From Planctomycetota bacterium (GTDB taxonomy: Bacteria; Planctomycetota; JAJSAM01; JAJVHW01): DNA of 64,000 bases. Location of the stretch: NCBI GenBank assembly GCA_965248445.1, contig CBDFJG010000001.1:590058-654057 (forward strand). The letters are read 5' to 3'. Under the pieces are notes generated by a model. It was not told the origin of the DNA and did not search any database. It was given only the letters and a program-made list of their open reading frames with translations. Numbering within the stretch: position 1 is the stretch's first letter; the number at the start of each line of letters is the position of its first letter. Below, one piece after another: positions 1-9,610 of this stretch. The position numbers were made by a program, and so were the translations under genes.

Positions 1-143
1 GCAAATGGACTTGAACGCCCCCTCGGAACGAAGATCCCGCCGTCCGAGACCCCGCCGACCTCGGTGAACGCCGCAAGTCGAGCGCCCGGGCGCTCGGACC
101 GGCCGAGGGACGCCATCGCGAGCGTCGTCATGAATAGTGCGGG
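1..143. mobile_element. Probable terminal end of an IS1380-family element extending left of the window
   Basis: GTCATGAATAGTGCGGG followed by CTAG (144-147). The reverse complement CCCGCACTATTCA resembles the IS1380 ends at 53456 and 55124, which are also flanked by CTAG/TTAG. No transposase is visible in the window. Confidence 0.45.
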
Positions 144-281
144 CTAGCAGGCGGGCGCGACCAGGTCAGGCGATCCTCGGGATGCGTGCAGATGGCCGAC
201 TGGCCGTCAGCGCGTCTAGCAACTTGGGCTAGTTGCAGGTGTCCCGCGTTGTACGCCGGTGACCGCTCGGTCAAGCGCGTT

Positions 282-1424
282 CTAGAGCCTCTCCGAGCCG
301 AACTTGTTGTCGCCGGTGTACGTGTTCGCGCCGTCGCCGGCGGTGTCGTCCAACTCCTTGCCGCCGCTCTTCTTCGTCTTGTTGAGGGTGAAGGTGTTGC
401 CGGTGCCGGAGACGTCCACGCCGTCGTTGCCGGCCTTCGTGATCTTGTTCGCCGTCACGCTGTTGCCGTTGCTGCGGACGACCAATCCGTCCTCGTTCAC
501 CTTGCTCACCTTGTTGCCGTCGATGACGTTCGCGTCCGAACCGACCTCGACGTCGATGCCGTCCGATCCTGTCCCCTCGATCTTCTGGAACCTGTTTCCG
601 CGGATCGTGTGACCGCCGGTCCCGAGCAGCACGATGCCGTCTCCGAGCGTGCCCTTGACCTTGTTGGAGAAGAAGCTGTGTGCAGAGCCCTCGACGAGGA
701 TTGCCTGATCGCCGCTGCGCAGGCACACGTTGCGTTCGAACGTCGCTCGCTGCGAGGGGTTCTCCGCGTCCGTGTTCAGGGCGACACTCGCCGGGTCGAG
801 CACCTTGTTGCGCGAGATCATGTTGTCGTCGCCCGCGATCTCGATGCCGTCGTCCTGCGGGGCCTTGACCGTGTTCCTAGTGACGATGCAGTCGTGCGAT
901 GGGATGCGGCCCTCGCGGACCTCGTGGTCACCTCCGAGCGTGATGGCGTCGCGTCCGACGCCCTCGACGCGGTTCTTCTGCACGGTAACGCGACGCGAGT
1001 CATCGACGCGGATGCCGTCGGACGCGCCGCCGGTCACGCGGCACTTCTCGATCACCACGTCGGTCGAGGAGAGCACGTAGATGCCGATCCCGGCGGCGTC
1101 CTCGACGCGGATCTTCGAGACGTCGATGTTCGTGGAGTTGCTGATCGTGAGACCGGTGCCGAGCCCCGACGCGTCGATCACGACCTTGCCCTTGCCGCGA
1201 ATCTCGATGCCGTCCTTGCCGTCGAGCACCGGCGTTTCGGCGTAGGTGCCCCTCTTGATGACGATGACGTCGCCCGTGTCCGCACTCGTGAACGCCGTCT
1301 GGATGTCGGGGGCGGTGGCGCTGGGGACCTGGATCGTCGCGGCGAACGCCGGACCCATGGTCGCGAACGTCATGACAAGTGCGAGCGCGACCCGGAATCG
1401 GGGAGACCTGCTGCGCGGCGGCAT
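282..1424 (-). CDS. Secreted right-handed parallel beta-helix (pectin-lyase fold) protein
   Basis: Signal peptide ending AFA-ATIQVP, IQTAF..ADTGDVIVIKRGTY cap, repeated DGIxV..N.I..N motifs. AGGAGG lies upstream of the ATG at 1424. Confidence 0.85.
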   Translation of the reverse strand: MPPRSRSPRFRVALALVMTFATMGPAFAATIQVPSATAPDIQTAFTSADTGDVIVIKRGTYAETPVLDGKDGIEIRGKGKVVIDASGLGTGLTISNSTNIDVSKIRVEDAAGIGIYVLSSTDVVIEKCRVTGGASDGIRVDDSRRVTVQKNRVEGVGRDAITLGGDHEVREGRIPSHDCIVTRNTVKAPQDDGIEIAGDDNMISRNKVLDPASVALNTDAENPSQRATFERNVCLRSGDQAILVEGSAHSFFSNKVKGTLGDGIVLLGTGGHTIRGNRFQKIEGTGSDGIDVEVGSDANVIDGNKVSKVNEDGLVVRSNGNSVTANKITKAGNDGVDVSGTGNTFTLNKTKKSGGKELDDTAGDGANTYTGDNKFGSERL

Positions 1425-1810
1425 CGGCGGCACCTCCTGGCTTCGAGATGGCTGTCTGCGAGCGACGGGAATAGTGCGACTCTATCGTCGCGACGGCGTC
1501 CGGTGTTCATCCCCTCGACGTCGCGTTTGGCGCGAGGACGCGCTCGGCGGTCGCGTCGTCCGGTTTGCTGCGTCGAAACTCCACGGTGCGCCGCGGAGAT
1601 GCCGCAGGATGGCGTCGACGACCCTCGGATTCACCAGCACCGCGAGCAGCGCGCGTCAGGCAGGGTGACTCGGGCGGCGCGGGTCGTCAGCAAAGCCACG
1701 AGCGACGACGCTCGGAGCCTGCCGCGCAGTCACTCTTGGGTGACCAAAGCGGGCGACGATCCCCGCATTCTGAGAGTCGGAGGCGCAAGTCACTGGCTTG
1801 CAACGAGTTG

Positions 1811-1842
1811 GGTGTGGCACGCCCGTGAGGAGTCGAACCTCA
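1811..1842 (-). repeat. att-like duplication of the tRNA-Arg 3' end (32-bp direct repeat of 2878-2909)
   Basis: ggtgtggcacgcccgtgaggagtcgaacctca is identical at 1811-1842 and 2878-2909. It covers the T-arm, acceptor 3' strand, CCA and 4 downstream nt. Confidence 0.9.
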
Positions 1843-2219
1843 GGACCGCTCGCCACTTCGTGCCCGATGTGGCGGCAGAGTTCCTCGGGGACGCGGTCCA
1901 GCTCGACGAGTAACTCCCGCAGCGTCTGCCCCTCGACGTACTCCATCGCCATGAAGTGCTGCCCGCCCGTCGCGTCGCAGTCGTAGGTGCGGACGACGTT
2001 CGGGTGCCGGACGACCTTGCCGATCTCCGCCTCACGCAGGAACCGTTTGAAGAAGCCCGGCGTCTCCAAGAGGTGCGCGTGGACCACCTTGAGCGCGACG
2101 CGCGTGCCCTCGTCCAGCCCCGGCACGCGACCGTCCACGACGGCGGCGTAGACCTTGCCCATCCCGCCGGAGCCAAGCTCGCGGTCGATCAGATACGGGC
2201 CGAGGCGGTTTCCCTCCAC
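1843..2219 (-). pseudogene. Truncated Hanks-type Ser/Thr protein kinase (N-lobe to hinge only)
   Basis: LGSGGMGKVY, VALK, RFLREA, HPNVV and MEYVEG are present. Homology stops at the att repeat, before HRD and DFG. Confidence 0.85.
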
Positions 2220-2289
2220 GTGCGAAGGCTACCAAGGGAGCGGGCTGTCCAGCGGTGGCGAGATGGAGTGCGTACGTCGTGTGACCGGA

Positions 2290-2778
2290 TCAGCGCTCCT
2301 CGTCCGGCCGCAGAAAGCGATGGACGTCCGGTGACGCCGAACCGGCAAGTTCTTCGAGGCAAGCGACTGCGCGTGCGCGACCACCCAACTCGATGCACGA
2401 AGCATCGGCGTGCACATAGAGCAGACCGGCGACCGCTCCCGCCCGGCGCAACGGGACGCATGCAACCGTGACGCACTCGAGATCGAGGATCGAAGGAGCA
2501 GGCGTGACGTCCGGCCGGAGGACGTCGATCAGGCTGACGCCTCGCCCCCCGTCCACCACGCGCTGCACGGCGACCCTCGAGTACAAAGGCGTGCCGGAGG
2601 GAACGGTGCCGTCGTCCAGCCGCCCGCGGACGAGGCGCGGCCGCTCCCCGGCGTCAAGAGCGAGCAGCAGTGCGGTCTGGGCACCGGTGACCTCCAGTGC
2701 CCGCTGCAAGAATCGGTCAGCAGCGTCCACGTCGCCCTCCGGTGAGCATTGCGGCGATCCCGCCGGAGCCAAGCTCAC
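2290..2778 (-). CDS. GAF-domain protein or fragment
   Basis: SRVAVQRV...SILDL..VTVACVPLRRAGAVAGLLYV is a typical GAF core. The start is uncertain. Confidence 0.6.
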   Translation of the reverse strand: MSLAPAGSPQCSPEGDVDAADRFLQRALEVTGAQTALLLALDAGERPRLVRGRLDDGTVPSGTPLYSRVAVQRVVDGGRGVSLIDVLRPDVTPAPSILDLECVTVACVPLRRAGAVAGLLYVHADASCIELGGRARAVACLEELAGSASPDVHRFLRPDEER

Positions 2779-2881
2779 GGTCGATGCGGTTGGGGCCGAG
2801 GGTCTCGGGAGTCACGGCGGCACGGTATCAGGGTGCGGTGGGCCGAGTCGCCGGGCGGGACCTTCGCCGAATTGGAAGGTG

Positions 2882-2958
2882 TGGCACGCCCGTGAGGAGT
2901 CGAACCTCAAACCTCCTGATCCGTAGTCAGGTGCTCTATCCAATTGAGCTACGGGCGC
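2882..2958 (-). tRNA. tRNA-Arg (anticodon ACG)
   Basis: Reverse complement GCGCCCGTAGCTCAATTGGATAGAGCACCTGACTACGGATCAGGAGGTTTGAGGTTCGACTCCTCACGGGCGTGCCA, 77 nt, with encoded CCA. Confidence 0.97.
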
Positions 2959-2991
2959 GCCGGTCCCGCCTGTGAGGCAGGGTCGGTCGTC

Positions 2992-5079
2992 TTAGCCGGG
3001 CAAATCCCTGCGGTCAACTTCTCCGGTTGTCCCCGGATCGGGCTCTTGAGGCGCACGCGCGAGACCGAACAGGACGGCGACCCCGGCCACGACGATCAGC
3101 AGCGAGACGCCGACCGCGACGCCGTTGTCGCCGCCAGCATGATCGTGTGCGCTGGCGAGCATCGAGTCCTCGCCCAGCTTCGCGGTCAGCACCAAGGACG
3201 CGTTGTTGAGCGCGTGCGCGGCGATCGCCGGCCAGATCGAGCGGCCGGCGACGGCGAGCAGGCCGAGCAGGAGCCCGACGAGGAAGGTGCCGAGCCACTT
3301 CTCTGGGTAGATGTGAAAGACCGCGAAGAGCGCGGCGGTGGCGACCACAGCGGTGACGCCCGGGCGGCCGCGTCGCTTCTTCGTCGCCGAGAGTCCCGAC
3401 ATGACGAAGCCCCGGTAGAAGAGCTCCTCGCAGACGGCCGGAAGCACCCCGATCAGGAGCACCAGCACGACGGCGGGCGTCGACTGCACCAGCGCCTCGA
3501 ACGCCTCCGCGAGCTTGTGGAACGGCCCCTCCGGCGCGATCTCGCCGATCACGTGGTGCTGGATGAAGCCGTTGACCACCGGCGCAGCGAGGCCGAGCGG
3601 CACCGCGAGGAGCATCGCGAGCGCCTGAGGACGGCGCAACCGGAACGTGTCGCGGAACGACACGTGGAACCACCACGCGAACAGTGCACAGGGCGCGGCG
3701 ATCACCAGCGCCTGCGTCGCAAACACGTTCTCGAGCAGGTTCTCGGTCGGGAGAACGGGCTGCAGGTACCAGATCAGCGCGAGCGAGATGGTGCAGAGCG
3801 TCAGCGCCGTCGCGGGCGTCGGGAAGCGTCGGGACTTGGGCCGCTGGAGCAGCGGCGCGCTGCCCTCCGGGCCGCGGAACAGCGTCTCCTCCCGCAAGAA
3901 GAGCTGCACCGTGCCGTAGAGCGCGAGTCCGGCGGTCGCGACGGTCGAGAGAAGCGTGATCGCGGCAATCGTCCCGTCGAACTTGCCGACCATCAGGTCG
4001 CGGAAGAAGAGCACTACGTTCGTGATCGGGAGCGCCGCAAGCGTCGGCGTCAATTCGATGCCCGGGATCACGACCACCATCGCGAGCGGCATGACCAGCA
4101 GGAACATCGGCGTCAGGTAATGCTGCGCCTCCTTGACGCTGCGCGCCATCGTCGAGAGCGCGATCGAGAGCGCGCTGAACAGTGCGGCGAGCGGGACGAG
4201 CAGCGCGAGGATCCCCAACACCGACAACGGCCCGAGCGACAGCCCTTCCATGCCCTCGACGCCCATCGAACTGACCAGCGGGCCGAGCGTCAGCCACATC
4301 GACAGCAGATTGAGCAGGGCCGCGACGAGCGTGACGGCGCCCACCGCGAGGTACTTCCCGAGAACGAGCTCCTGGCGGCTGCACGGCGCCACCAGCAGCG
4401 TCTCCATCGTGCCGCGTTCCTTCTCGCCGGCGACGACATCGACCGCGGGGTAGAAGCTGCTCGTCAGCGTCATCAGCAGGAGAATGAGTGCGAGCATCTT
4501 TCCGAGCACGTAACCCGACCGCGCCTCGGACGACGCGATGTCGAGCGATTCGCGGACCTCGATCGGTTTCAGCCACGATGCCGGCAGCTCGTGGTCGCCC
4601 AAGCGTTCGAGGAGGATGCGATCGGCCGCGAGTTGCGCGCGGCTCTGCCACTTGCGGCGGGCGGCACGGCTCTCGTCGTCGCTGCTGTCGTGGTGCACGA
4701 CGACACCAGCCGAACGGTCTCCGGCGAGCGCCGCGGCGGCGCCGTCCGTGGCCTCGACCCACAGTGCGATCTCTCCGCGCGCAAGCGAAGCGGCCGGATC
4801 ATCGACCGGGACGACCTGAAGGTCCGGATCTTCTCCCTCTTCCCAGCGGAACACGGCGTCCGCGATCACCGCGGCGTCCTGACCGGTGACGGCGACGGTC
4901 TGCGCGCGCGCGGCGATACGCTGGCGCTGTTTCCCGATCAGCGGCCCGACGGCCAGCATCATCATCGGGTAGAGCAGCACCGGCACGACGAGCGCGACGA
5001 ACAGCGTGCGGCGATCGCGGGCTGCTTCGAGCAGTTCCTTCTGCGCGACGAGCAGCACCGTGCGAAGGCTGAGCTTCAT
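2992..5079 (-). CDS. natB: NatB-like ABC permease fused to a CPBP (CAAX) intramembrane metalloprotease
   Basis: KELLE..RDRRT and AGEKERGTMETLL motifs. C-terminal EELFYRG, FAVFH and HALNN. Confidence 0.85.
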   Translation of the reverse strand: MKLSLRTVLLVAQKELLEAARDRRTLFVALVVPVLLYPMMMLAVGPLIGKQRQRIAARAQTVAVTGQDAAVIADAVFRWEEGEDPDLQVVPVDDPAASLARGEIALWVEATDGAAAALAGDRSAGVVVHHDSSDDESRAARRKWQSRAQLAADRILLERLGDHELPASWLKPIEVRESLDIASSEARSGYVLGKMLALILLLMTLTSSFYPAVDVVAGEKERGTMETLLVAPCSRQELVLGKYLAVGAVTLVAALLNLLSMWLTLGPLVSSMGVEGMEGLSLGPLSVLGILALLVPLAALFSALSIALSTMARSVKEAQHYLTPMFLLVMPLAMVVVIPGIELTPTLAALPITNVVLFFRDLMVGKFDGTIAAITLLSTVATAGLALYGTVQLFLREETLFRGPEGSAPLLQRPKSRRFPTPATALTLCTISLALIWYLQPVLPTENLLENVFATQALVIAAPCALFAWWFHVSFRDTFRLRRPQALAMLLAVPLGLAAPVVNGFIQHHVIGEIAPEGPFHKLAEAFEALVQSTPAVVLVLLIGVLPAVCEELFYRGFVMSGLSATKKRRGRPGVTAVVATAALFAVFHIYPEKWLGTFLVGLLLGLLAVAGRSIWPAIAAHALNNASLVLTAKLGEDSMLASAHDHAGGDNGVAVGVSLLIVVAGVAVLFGLARAPQEPDPGTTGEVDRRDLPG

Positions 5080-5831
5080 CCCCGCACCAACCGGAAGAAC
5101 GCGTCTTCGAGGTTCGACTCACCGGTGCGTGCTTGCAGCTCCGCGAGCGTGCCCTTGGCGAGCACCTTGCCCTCGTGGACGATCACGATTCGATCGCACA
5201 GCCGCTCCGCCTCGCTGAAGAGGTGCGTCGAGAGGAGGATCGCCCGGCCCTGCGTGCGCGCGGACTCCACGAACTCCACGACGTTGCGCGCCACGATCAC
5301 GTCGAGGTTGGCGGTCGGCTCGTCGAGCACGAGGACCGGCGGGTCGTGGATGATCGCCCGCGCCAGCGAGACCTTCTGGCGTTGTCCAGCGGAGAGCCGT
5401 CCACAGACCCGGTCGCAGAAGTCGTTCATCTCGAGCAGGTCGAGGACCTCGCTCACGCGGGCCGTGAGGGCGGTCTCGTCCATGCCGTGGAGACGGGCGT
5501 AGTACACGAGCGTCTCGCGGCCGGTCAGGCGTTCGTACACGCCCGTCGAGGACGACACGAACCCGAGTCGCCGGCGCACGCCGTCCGGGTCCTCCTGAAC
5601 GTCGCGGCCGCCGACGCGCGCGCTGCCCGAAGTCGGCTGCAGGATCGTGGCGAGGATACGCAGCGCCGTCGTCTTGCCGGCGCCGTTCGGTCCGAGCAGC
5701 CCGACGATCTCGCCGCTCGCACACGTGAACGACACGCCGTCCACGGCGCGCACCTCGCCCCCGCCCGGAGCGCGGAAGATCTTGTAGAGGTCACGGACCT
5801 CGACGGCGGGGCCGGAGGTGAGTTCGCTCAA
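5076..5831 (-). CDS. natA: NatA-like ABC transporter ATP-binding subunit
   Basis: GPNGAGKT, LSAGQRQKV, LDEPT and STH. The TTG start overlaps the upstream TGA. Confidence 0.88.
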   Translation of the reverse strand: MSELTSGPAVEVRDLYKIFRAPGGGEVRAVDGVSFTCASGEIVGLLGPNGAGKTTALRILATILQPTSGSARVGGRDVQEDPDGVRRRLGFVSSSTGVYERLTGRETLVYYARLHGMDETALTARVSEVLDLLEMNDFCDRVCGRLSAGQRQKVSLARAIIHDPPVLVLDEPTANLDVIVARNVVEFVESARTQGRAILLSTHLFSEAERLCDRIVIVHEGKVLAKGTLAELQARTGESNLEDAFFRLVRG

Positions 5832-6631
5832 TCGGGGATGTAGATGTTGGAGTCGTCGTCGTCGTCCGAGTCGAGGCGCGCGATGAGGACGGTGATGTTG
5901 TCTTTGCCGCCGCGTTCGTTCGCGAGGTCGATCAGCGCCTGCGTGCTCCGCTGAAGATCCAGGTCGCTCATCTGCATCGTGGCGAGGATCTCCTGGCCGT
6001 TGGCGAGGTCCGACAGGCCGTCGCTGCAGAGCAGGTACAGATCCCCGGGCTCGGCGGGGAACACGTTCACGTCGGCCTTGCACTTGACGCCGGTCCCGAT
6101 GGCCCGCGTGATGATGTTGCGGTAGGGACTGCGCTCGGCCTCCTCCGCGGAGATCAGCCCGGCGCGCAGCTGCGCGTTCACGAACGAGTGGTCCTCGGTG
6201 ATCTGCTCGATGCCGCCGTCACGAATGCGATAGACGCGGCTGTCACCGACGTGCGCCACGACGACGAAGTCCTCCTGGTGGTAGACCAGCGCGACGGTCG
6301 TGCCCATCTCCTGATAGCGGTCGTCGATCGCACCGAAGCCATGTACGGCCTTGTTGACGTCACGCAGCCACGTGTCGAGCGTCTGCTTGAACGCATTCGC
6401 GACGACCGGCTCGGAGATGGCGCTCCGGCCACGCAGCGTCTCGGGGAAGTACTTCTTGAAGGTCTTGTTCAGCGTCGAGACGCAGAGCGAGGACGCCACC
6501 TCGCCGAAGTCCCGCCCGCCCATGCCGTCCGCGACCACGCAGAACCCGTCCTTCTCGGACCAGTACAGCGTGTCCTCGTTCAGTTCGCGGCGGAGGCCCA
6601 CGTCGGTCTTGCCGAAACACGTGATGCGGAT
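5828..6631 (-). CDS. PP2C/PPM Ser/Thr phosphatase (start uncertain)
   Basis: R.NED, VADGMGG, HVGDSR, LCSDGL and GGKDNIT. In-frame IRITCFGKTD lies upstream of the GTG at 6601. Confidence 0.9.
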   Translation of the reverse strand: MRITCFGKTDVGLRRELNEDTLYWSEKDGFCVVADGMGGRDFGEVASSLCVSTLNKTFKKYFPETLRGRSAISEPVVANAFKQTLDTWLRDVNKAVHGFGAIDDRYQEMGTTVALVYHQEDFVVVAHVGDSRVYRIRDGGIEQITEDHSFVNAQLRAGLISAEEAERSPYRNIITRAIGTGVKCKADVNVFPAEPGDLYLLCSDGLSDLANGQEILATMQMSDLDLQRSTQALIDLANERGGKDNITVLIARLDSDDDDDSNIYIPD

Positions 6632-6746
6632 GGCTGGTCCCCAACTGCCCGAAGTGGATCAGGTCGGATGCTGCTGCGAGTGACGGGCTACCCCTTCTTC
6701 GACGGCATCGCTCGCGAGCCGCAATATAGGGCCCCGTGATCAGGAG

Positions 6747-7199
6747 ATGAGGATGCTCGACCGTCTGCTCGGCCTGACGCCAGCTCTTGGGATACTTCTC
6801 GGCCCGGTTCTCGCCCTCGGGGGCTGCGCCCTGTTCGGCGCCGGCCACACCGTCCACGCCACCCTGGCGCAGCAGGGCCGGGTGATGCGGCTGTCACCCG
6901 GCGACGACCTCGCGGTCACGCTCCCGAACGTCAGCGGTCCGTCTGCCAGTGCCTCAAGGGGCTTCGACTGGGCCCCCGCCGCCTACGACGAGGACGTCCT
7001 CTCTTACGACGACGATCCCGAGCACATCCGCTCCCTCAGGAACGGCAAGCCCGACCCCTGGGCGCCGGCCTTCGAGCGCCACACGTTCCGGGCCCGCGGC
7101 ACAGGCAAGGGCGAGATCCTGATGGGTGCGCCGGGTGCCGAGCCACTGGAGGGCGGCCTCTCCGGTCGCGCGTTCCGCCTCGGCGTGATCGTCAGGTAG
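6747..7199 (+). CDS. Lipoprotein, possibly chagasin/I42 protease-inhibitor-like
   Basis: Lipobox LALGGC. The GDDLAVTL...GFDW...FRARGTG...F.L.V.V pattern resembles the I42 Ig-like fold. Confidence 0.55.
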   Translation: MRMLDRLLGLTPALGILLGPVLALGGCALFGAGHTVHATLAQQGRVMRLSPGDDLAVTLPNVSGPSASASRGFDWAPAAYDEDVLSYDDDPEHIRSLRNGKPDPWAPAFERHTFRARGTGKGEILMGAPGAEPLEGGLSGRAFRLGVIVR

Positions 7200-7358
7200 G
7201 CCGCTCCGAGCCTGGAGTCCCGCGCTCGGTGTGCGGATTTCCTTCCCCGCGCGTGCGCGAGGCCGCACTACTCTCCGGGGCTCTTTGCCGACTCCGGGCC
7301 TCCGCTGGGATGTACCGGGCGGCTCGGCGCAGCTCGGCAGAGCCACGAAAGGACGGTC

Positions 7359-8600
7359 ATGACGACGGCAGGCGACTCCGGCGACCCTCTGATGGTCGCG
7401 TTCTCGGGCGGACTCGACACCACTTGGCTGGTGGCGCGATCACGTGAGATCGAGGAGCGACGTCCGGTCATCACCGTGACGGTGGACACCGGGGGGTTCT
7501 CGCCCGAGGAGCTTCGTCAGATCGAGGACCGCTCCCGCCAGGCCGGAGCGGCCCGGCACGTCCTGATCGACGGGCGGCAGTCGGTGTTCGACCGGTTCGT
7601 GCGGTTCCTGATCGCCGGAAACTGCCTGCGCGGCGGGTCCTACCCGCTGTGCGTGGCCGCCGAGCGGATCGTGCAGGCCGAGGAACTGGCGTGCGCCGCG
7701 CGGACCTCCCGCGTGCGCACCGTCGTCCACGGCAGCACCGGGGCCGGCAACGACCAGATCCGGTTCGACGTCGCGCTGGCGGTGCTGCTGCCGGAGGCCG
7801 AGGTCCGCGCCCCCGTGCGGGAACTCAGTCCCTCGCGCGAAGAGGAGTACGCGTTCCTCGAGGAGCGCGGACTGCCCGTGGACCGCGCCGCCAGGACGTA
7901 CTCCGTCAACCGCGGGCTCTGGGGCACGACGATCGGCGGCGGCGACCTGCACCACCCGGAGAAGCCGATCCCGGCGGACTGCTGGGCCGACACGGCGGAT
8001 CCGGATGCGTGCGACGCCGTGGGCGAGACCGTGGCGGTGACGTTCCGGCAGGGCGTGCCCGTCGCGCTCGACGACGCCGAGATGTCCGGGCCGGACCTCG
8101 TCGCGGCGCTGAACGAACGCGCGGCGGCACAAGGCGTCGGCCGCGGCATTCACACCGGCGACACCATCCTCGGTATCAAGGGACGCCTCGCGTTCGAGGC
8201 TCCTGCGGCGGCTGTGCTGGTCTTCGCGCACCGCGAACTCGAGAAGCTGGTGCTCACCAAGCGCCAGATGGAGTGGAAGGACCGCCTCGGCGCGTACTAC
8301 GCCGCGCTGGTCCACGAGGCGCTCTACTTCGACCCGGTGGCGCGGGACATCGAGGCGTTTCTCGCGTCATCACAGACCACGGTCACGGGCACCGTGCGCG
8401 TGCGCTGCGTGCGCGGCCGCACCGAGGTCGCCGGGATCGAGACCGACGCGTCGCTCATGGGGCGGCTCGGTTCGGTGTACGGCGAGGGTGCCGGCGCGTG
8501 GTCCGGCGACGAGGCGCGCGCGTTCGCGAAGCTGTACGGCTTGCCGTCGGTGCTCGCGGCGCGGCGGGACGCGGACCTGGCCGACGGCGGTGCGTCATGA
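7359..8600 (+). CDS. argG: Argininosuccinate synthase
   Basis: AFSGGLDT, HGSTGAGNDQIRF and GIKGR..FEAP. Confidence 0.95.
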   Translation: MTTAGDSGDPLMVAFSGGLDTTWLVARSREIEERRPVITVTVDTGGFSPEELRQIEDRSRQAGAARHVLIDGRQSVFDRFVRFLIAGNCLRGGSYPLCVAAERIVQAEELACAARTSRVRTVVHGSTGAGNDQIRFDVALAVLLPEAEVRAPVRELSPSREEEYAFLEERGLPVDRAARTYSVNRGLWGTTIGGGDLHHPEKPIPADCWADTADPDACDAVGETVAVTFRQGVPVALDDAEMSGPDLVAALNERAAAQGVGRGIHTGDTILGIKGRLAFEAPAAAVLVFAHRELEKLVLTKRQMEWKDRLGAYYAALVHEALYFDPVARDIEAFLASSQTTVTGTVRVRCVRGRTEVAGIETDASLMGRLGSVYGEGAGAWSGDEARAFAKLYGLPSVLAARRDADLADGGAS

Positions 8601-9610
8601 AGACGCACCTCGACAAGATCGCTTCCTGCACCATCAACGCGAAGCTCGACCGCGAGGTCGAGGTCAGCGACCAGCTCGCGCCGGAACTCGGGCGGGTGGT
8701 CGTCGTGCGCGCATTGCGCGAGAAGACCGTCTACGACAAGGTCGAGCTGGTCAGCGGCCGCATGGCGAAGATCAGCAAGGACGACGTGATCGCGGGTGTG
8801 CTCGGCCGGCGTCGCGCGTTGCGCGGCTTCGTCGGTGACATCCCGGACGAGATCCGCGTCGGCGACCGGGTGCACATCCTGAACATCGGCGGCGTCGTCG
8901 GCGTCGTCGTATCGGGCAACCTCGACCTCGGACAGCCGCTGCTCTGCGAGGTCGTGGGCGCGGTCATGCACAACGGCGAACCGGCCAGCATCTCGAAGGG
9001 CATCCCGCCTCCGCCGGACACGCTCGGTGACGTGCCACTGATCCTCGTCGAAGGCACGTGCATGAACTCGGGCAAGACTTACGCGGCTGCAACGCTCATC
9101 CAGAAGCTGACGCAGCGGGGCTACCGGCTGAACGGCGCGAAGTTGACGGGCGTCGCGTGCATGCGCGACCAGCTCAACATGGAGGACCACGGAGCCGTGC
9201 GCACGAAGAGCTTCCTCGACGTGGGGCTGCCCTCGACCGTCGGCGTCGACGACGTCGCGGGCGTGGCGCGAACCCTCCTCGCGGACCTCGCGAGCGACAA
9301 GCCCGACGCGATCATCGCCGAACTCGGCGACGGCATCATCGGCTACTACGGCTGCGACAAGATCCTGGCCGACCCGGAGATCCGCAGGGCGACCAAGGCG
9401 CACGTCATGTGCGCCAACGACCTCGTCGGCGCGTGGGGCGCGGTCGAGGTCATGCGCAAGTGGGGTCTCGAGATCGACGTGCTGACCGGACCGGCGACGG
9501 ACAACGACGTGGGCGAGGGCTACGCGAAGCAGGAACTGCGGCTGCCGGCAGCGAACGCACGGCTCAACCCGCACAAGCTCGCCGACCTGGTCGAAGGCCT
9601 GGTGTTCTGA
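8597..9610 (+). CDS. DUF1611-like P-loop NTPase-fold protein inside the arg operon (337 aa)
   Basis: ATGA overlap with argG and TGATG overlap with argC. Motifs GTCMNSGKT, AKLTG, SFLDVGLPST and ELGDG. Family assigned from motif recall. Confidence 0.75.
   Translation: MKTHLDKIASCTINAKLDREVEVSDQLAPELGRVVVVRALREKTVYDKVELVSGRMAKISKDDVIAGVLGRRRALRGFVGDIPDEIRVGDRVHILNIGGVVGVVVSGNLDLGQPLLCEVVGAVMHNGEPASISKGIPPPPDTLGDVPLILVEGTCMNSGKTYAAATLIQKLTQRGYRLNGAKLTGVACMRDQLNMEDHGAVRTKSFLDVGLPSTVGVDDVAGVARTLLADLASDKPDAIIAELGDGIIGYYGCDKILADPEIRRATKAHVMCANDLVGAWGAVEVMRKWGLEIDVLTGPATDNDVGEGYAKQELRLPAANARLNPHKLADLVEGLVF

Noticed and set aside
1811..1842. Second tRNA gene
   Set aside because: Only the T-arm and acceptor 3' strand are present. 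There is no D-arm or anticodon arm.
7200..7358. ARG box or leader peptide upstream of argG
   Set aside because: No AT-rich palindrome or convincing leader is visible.
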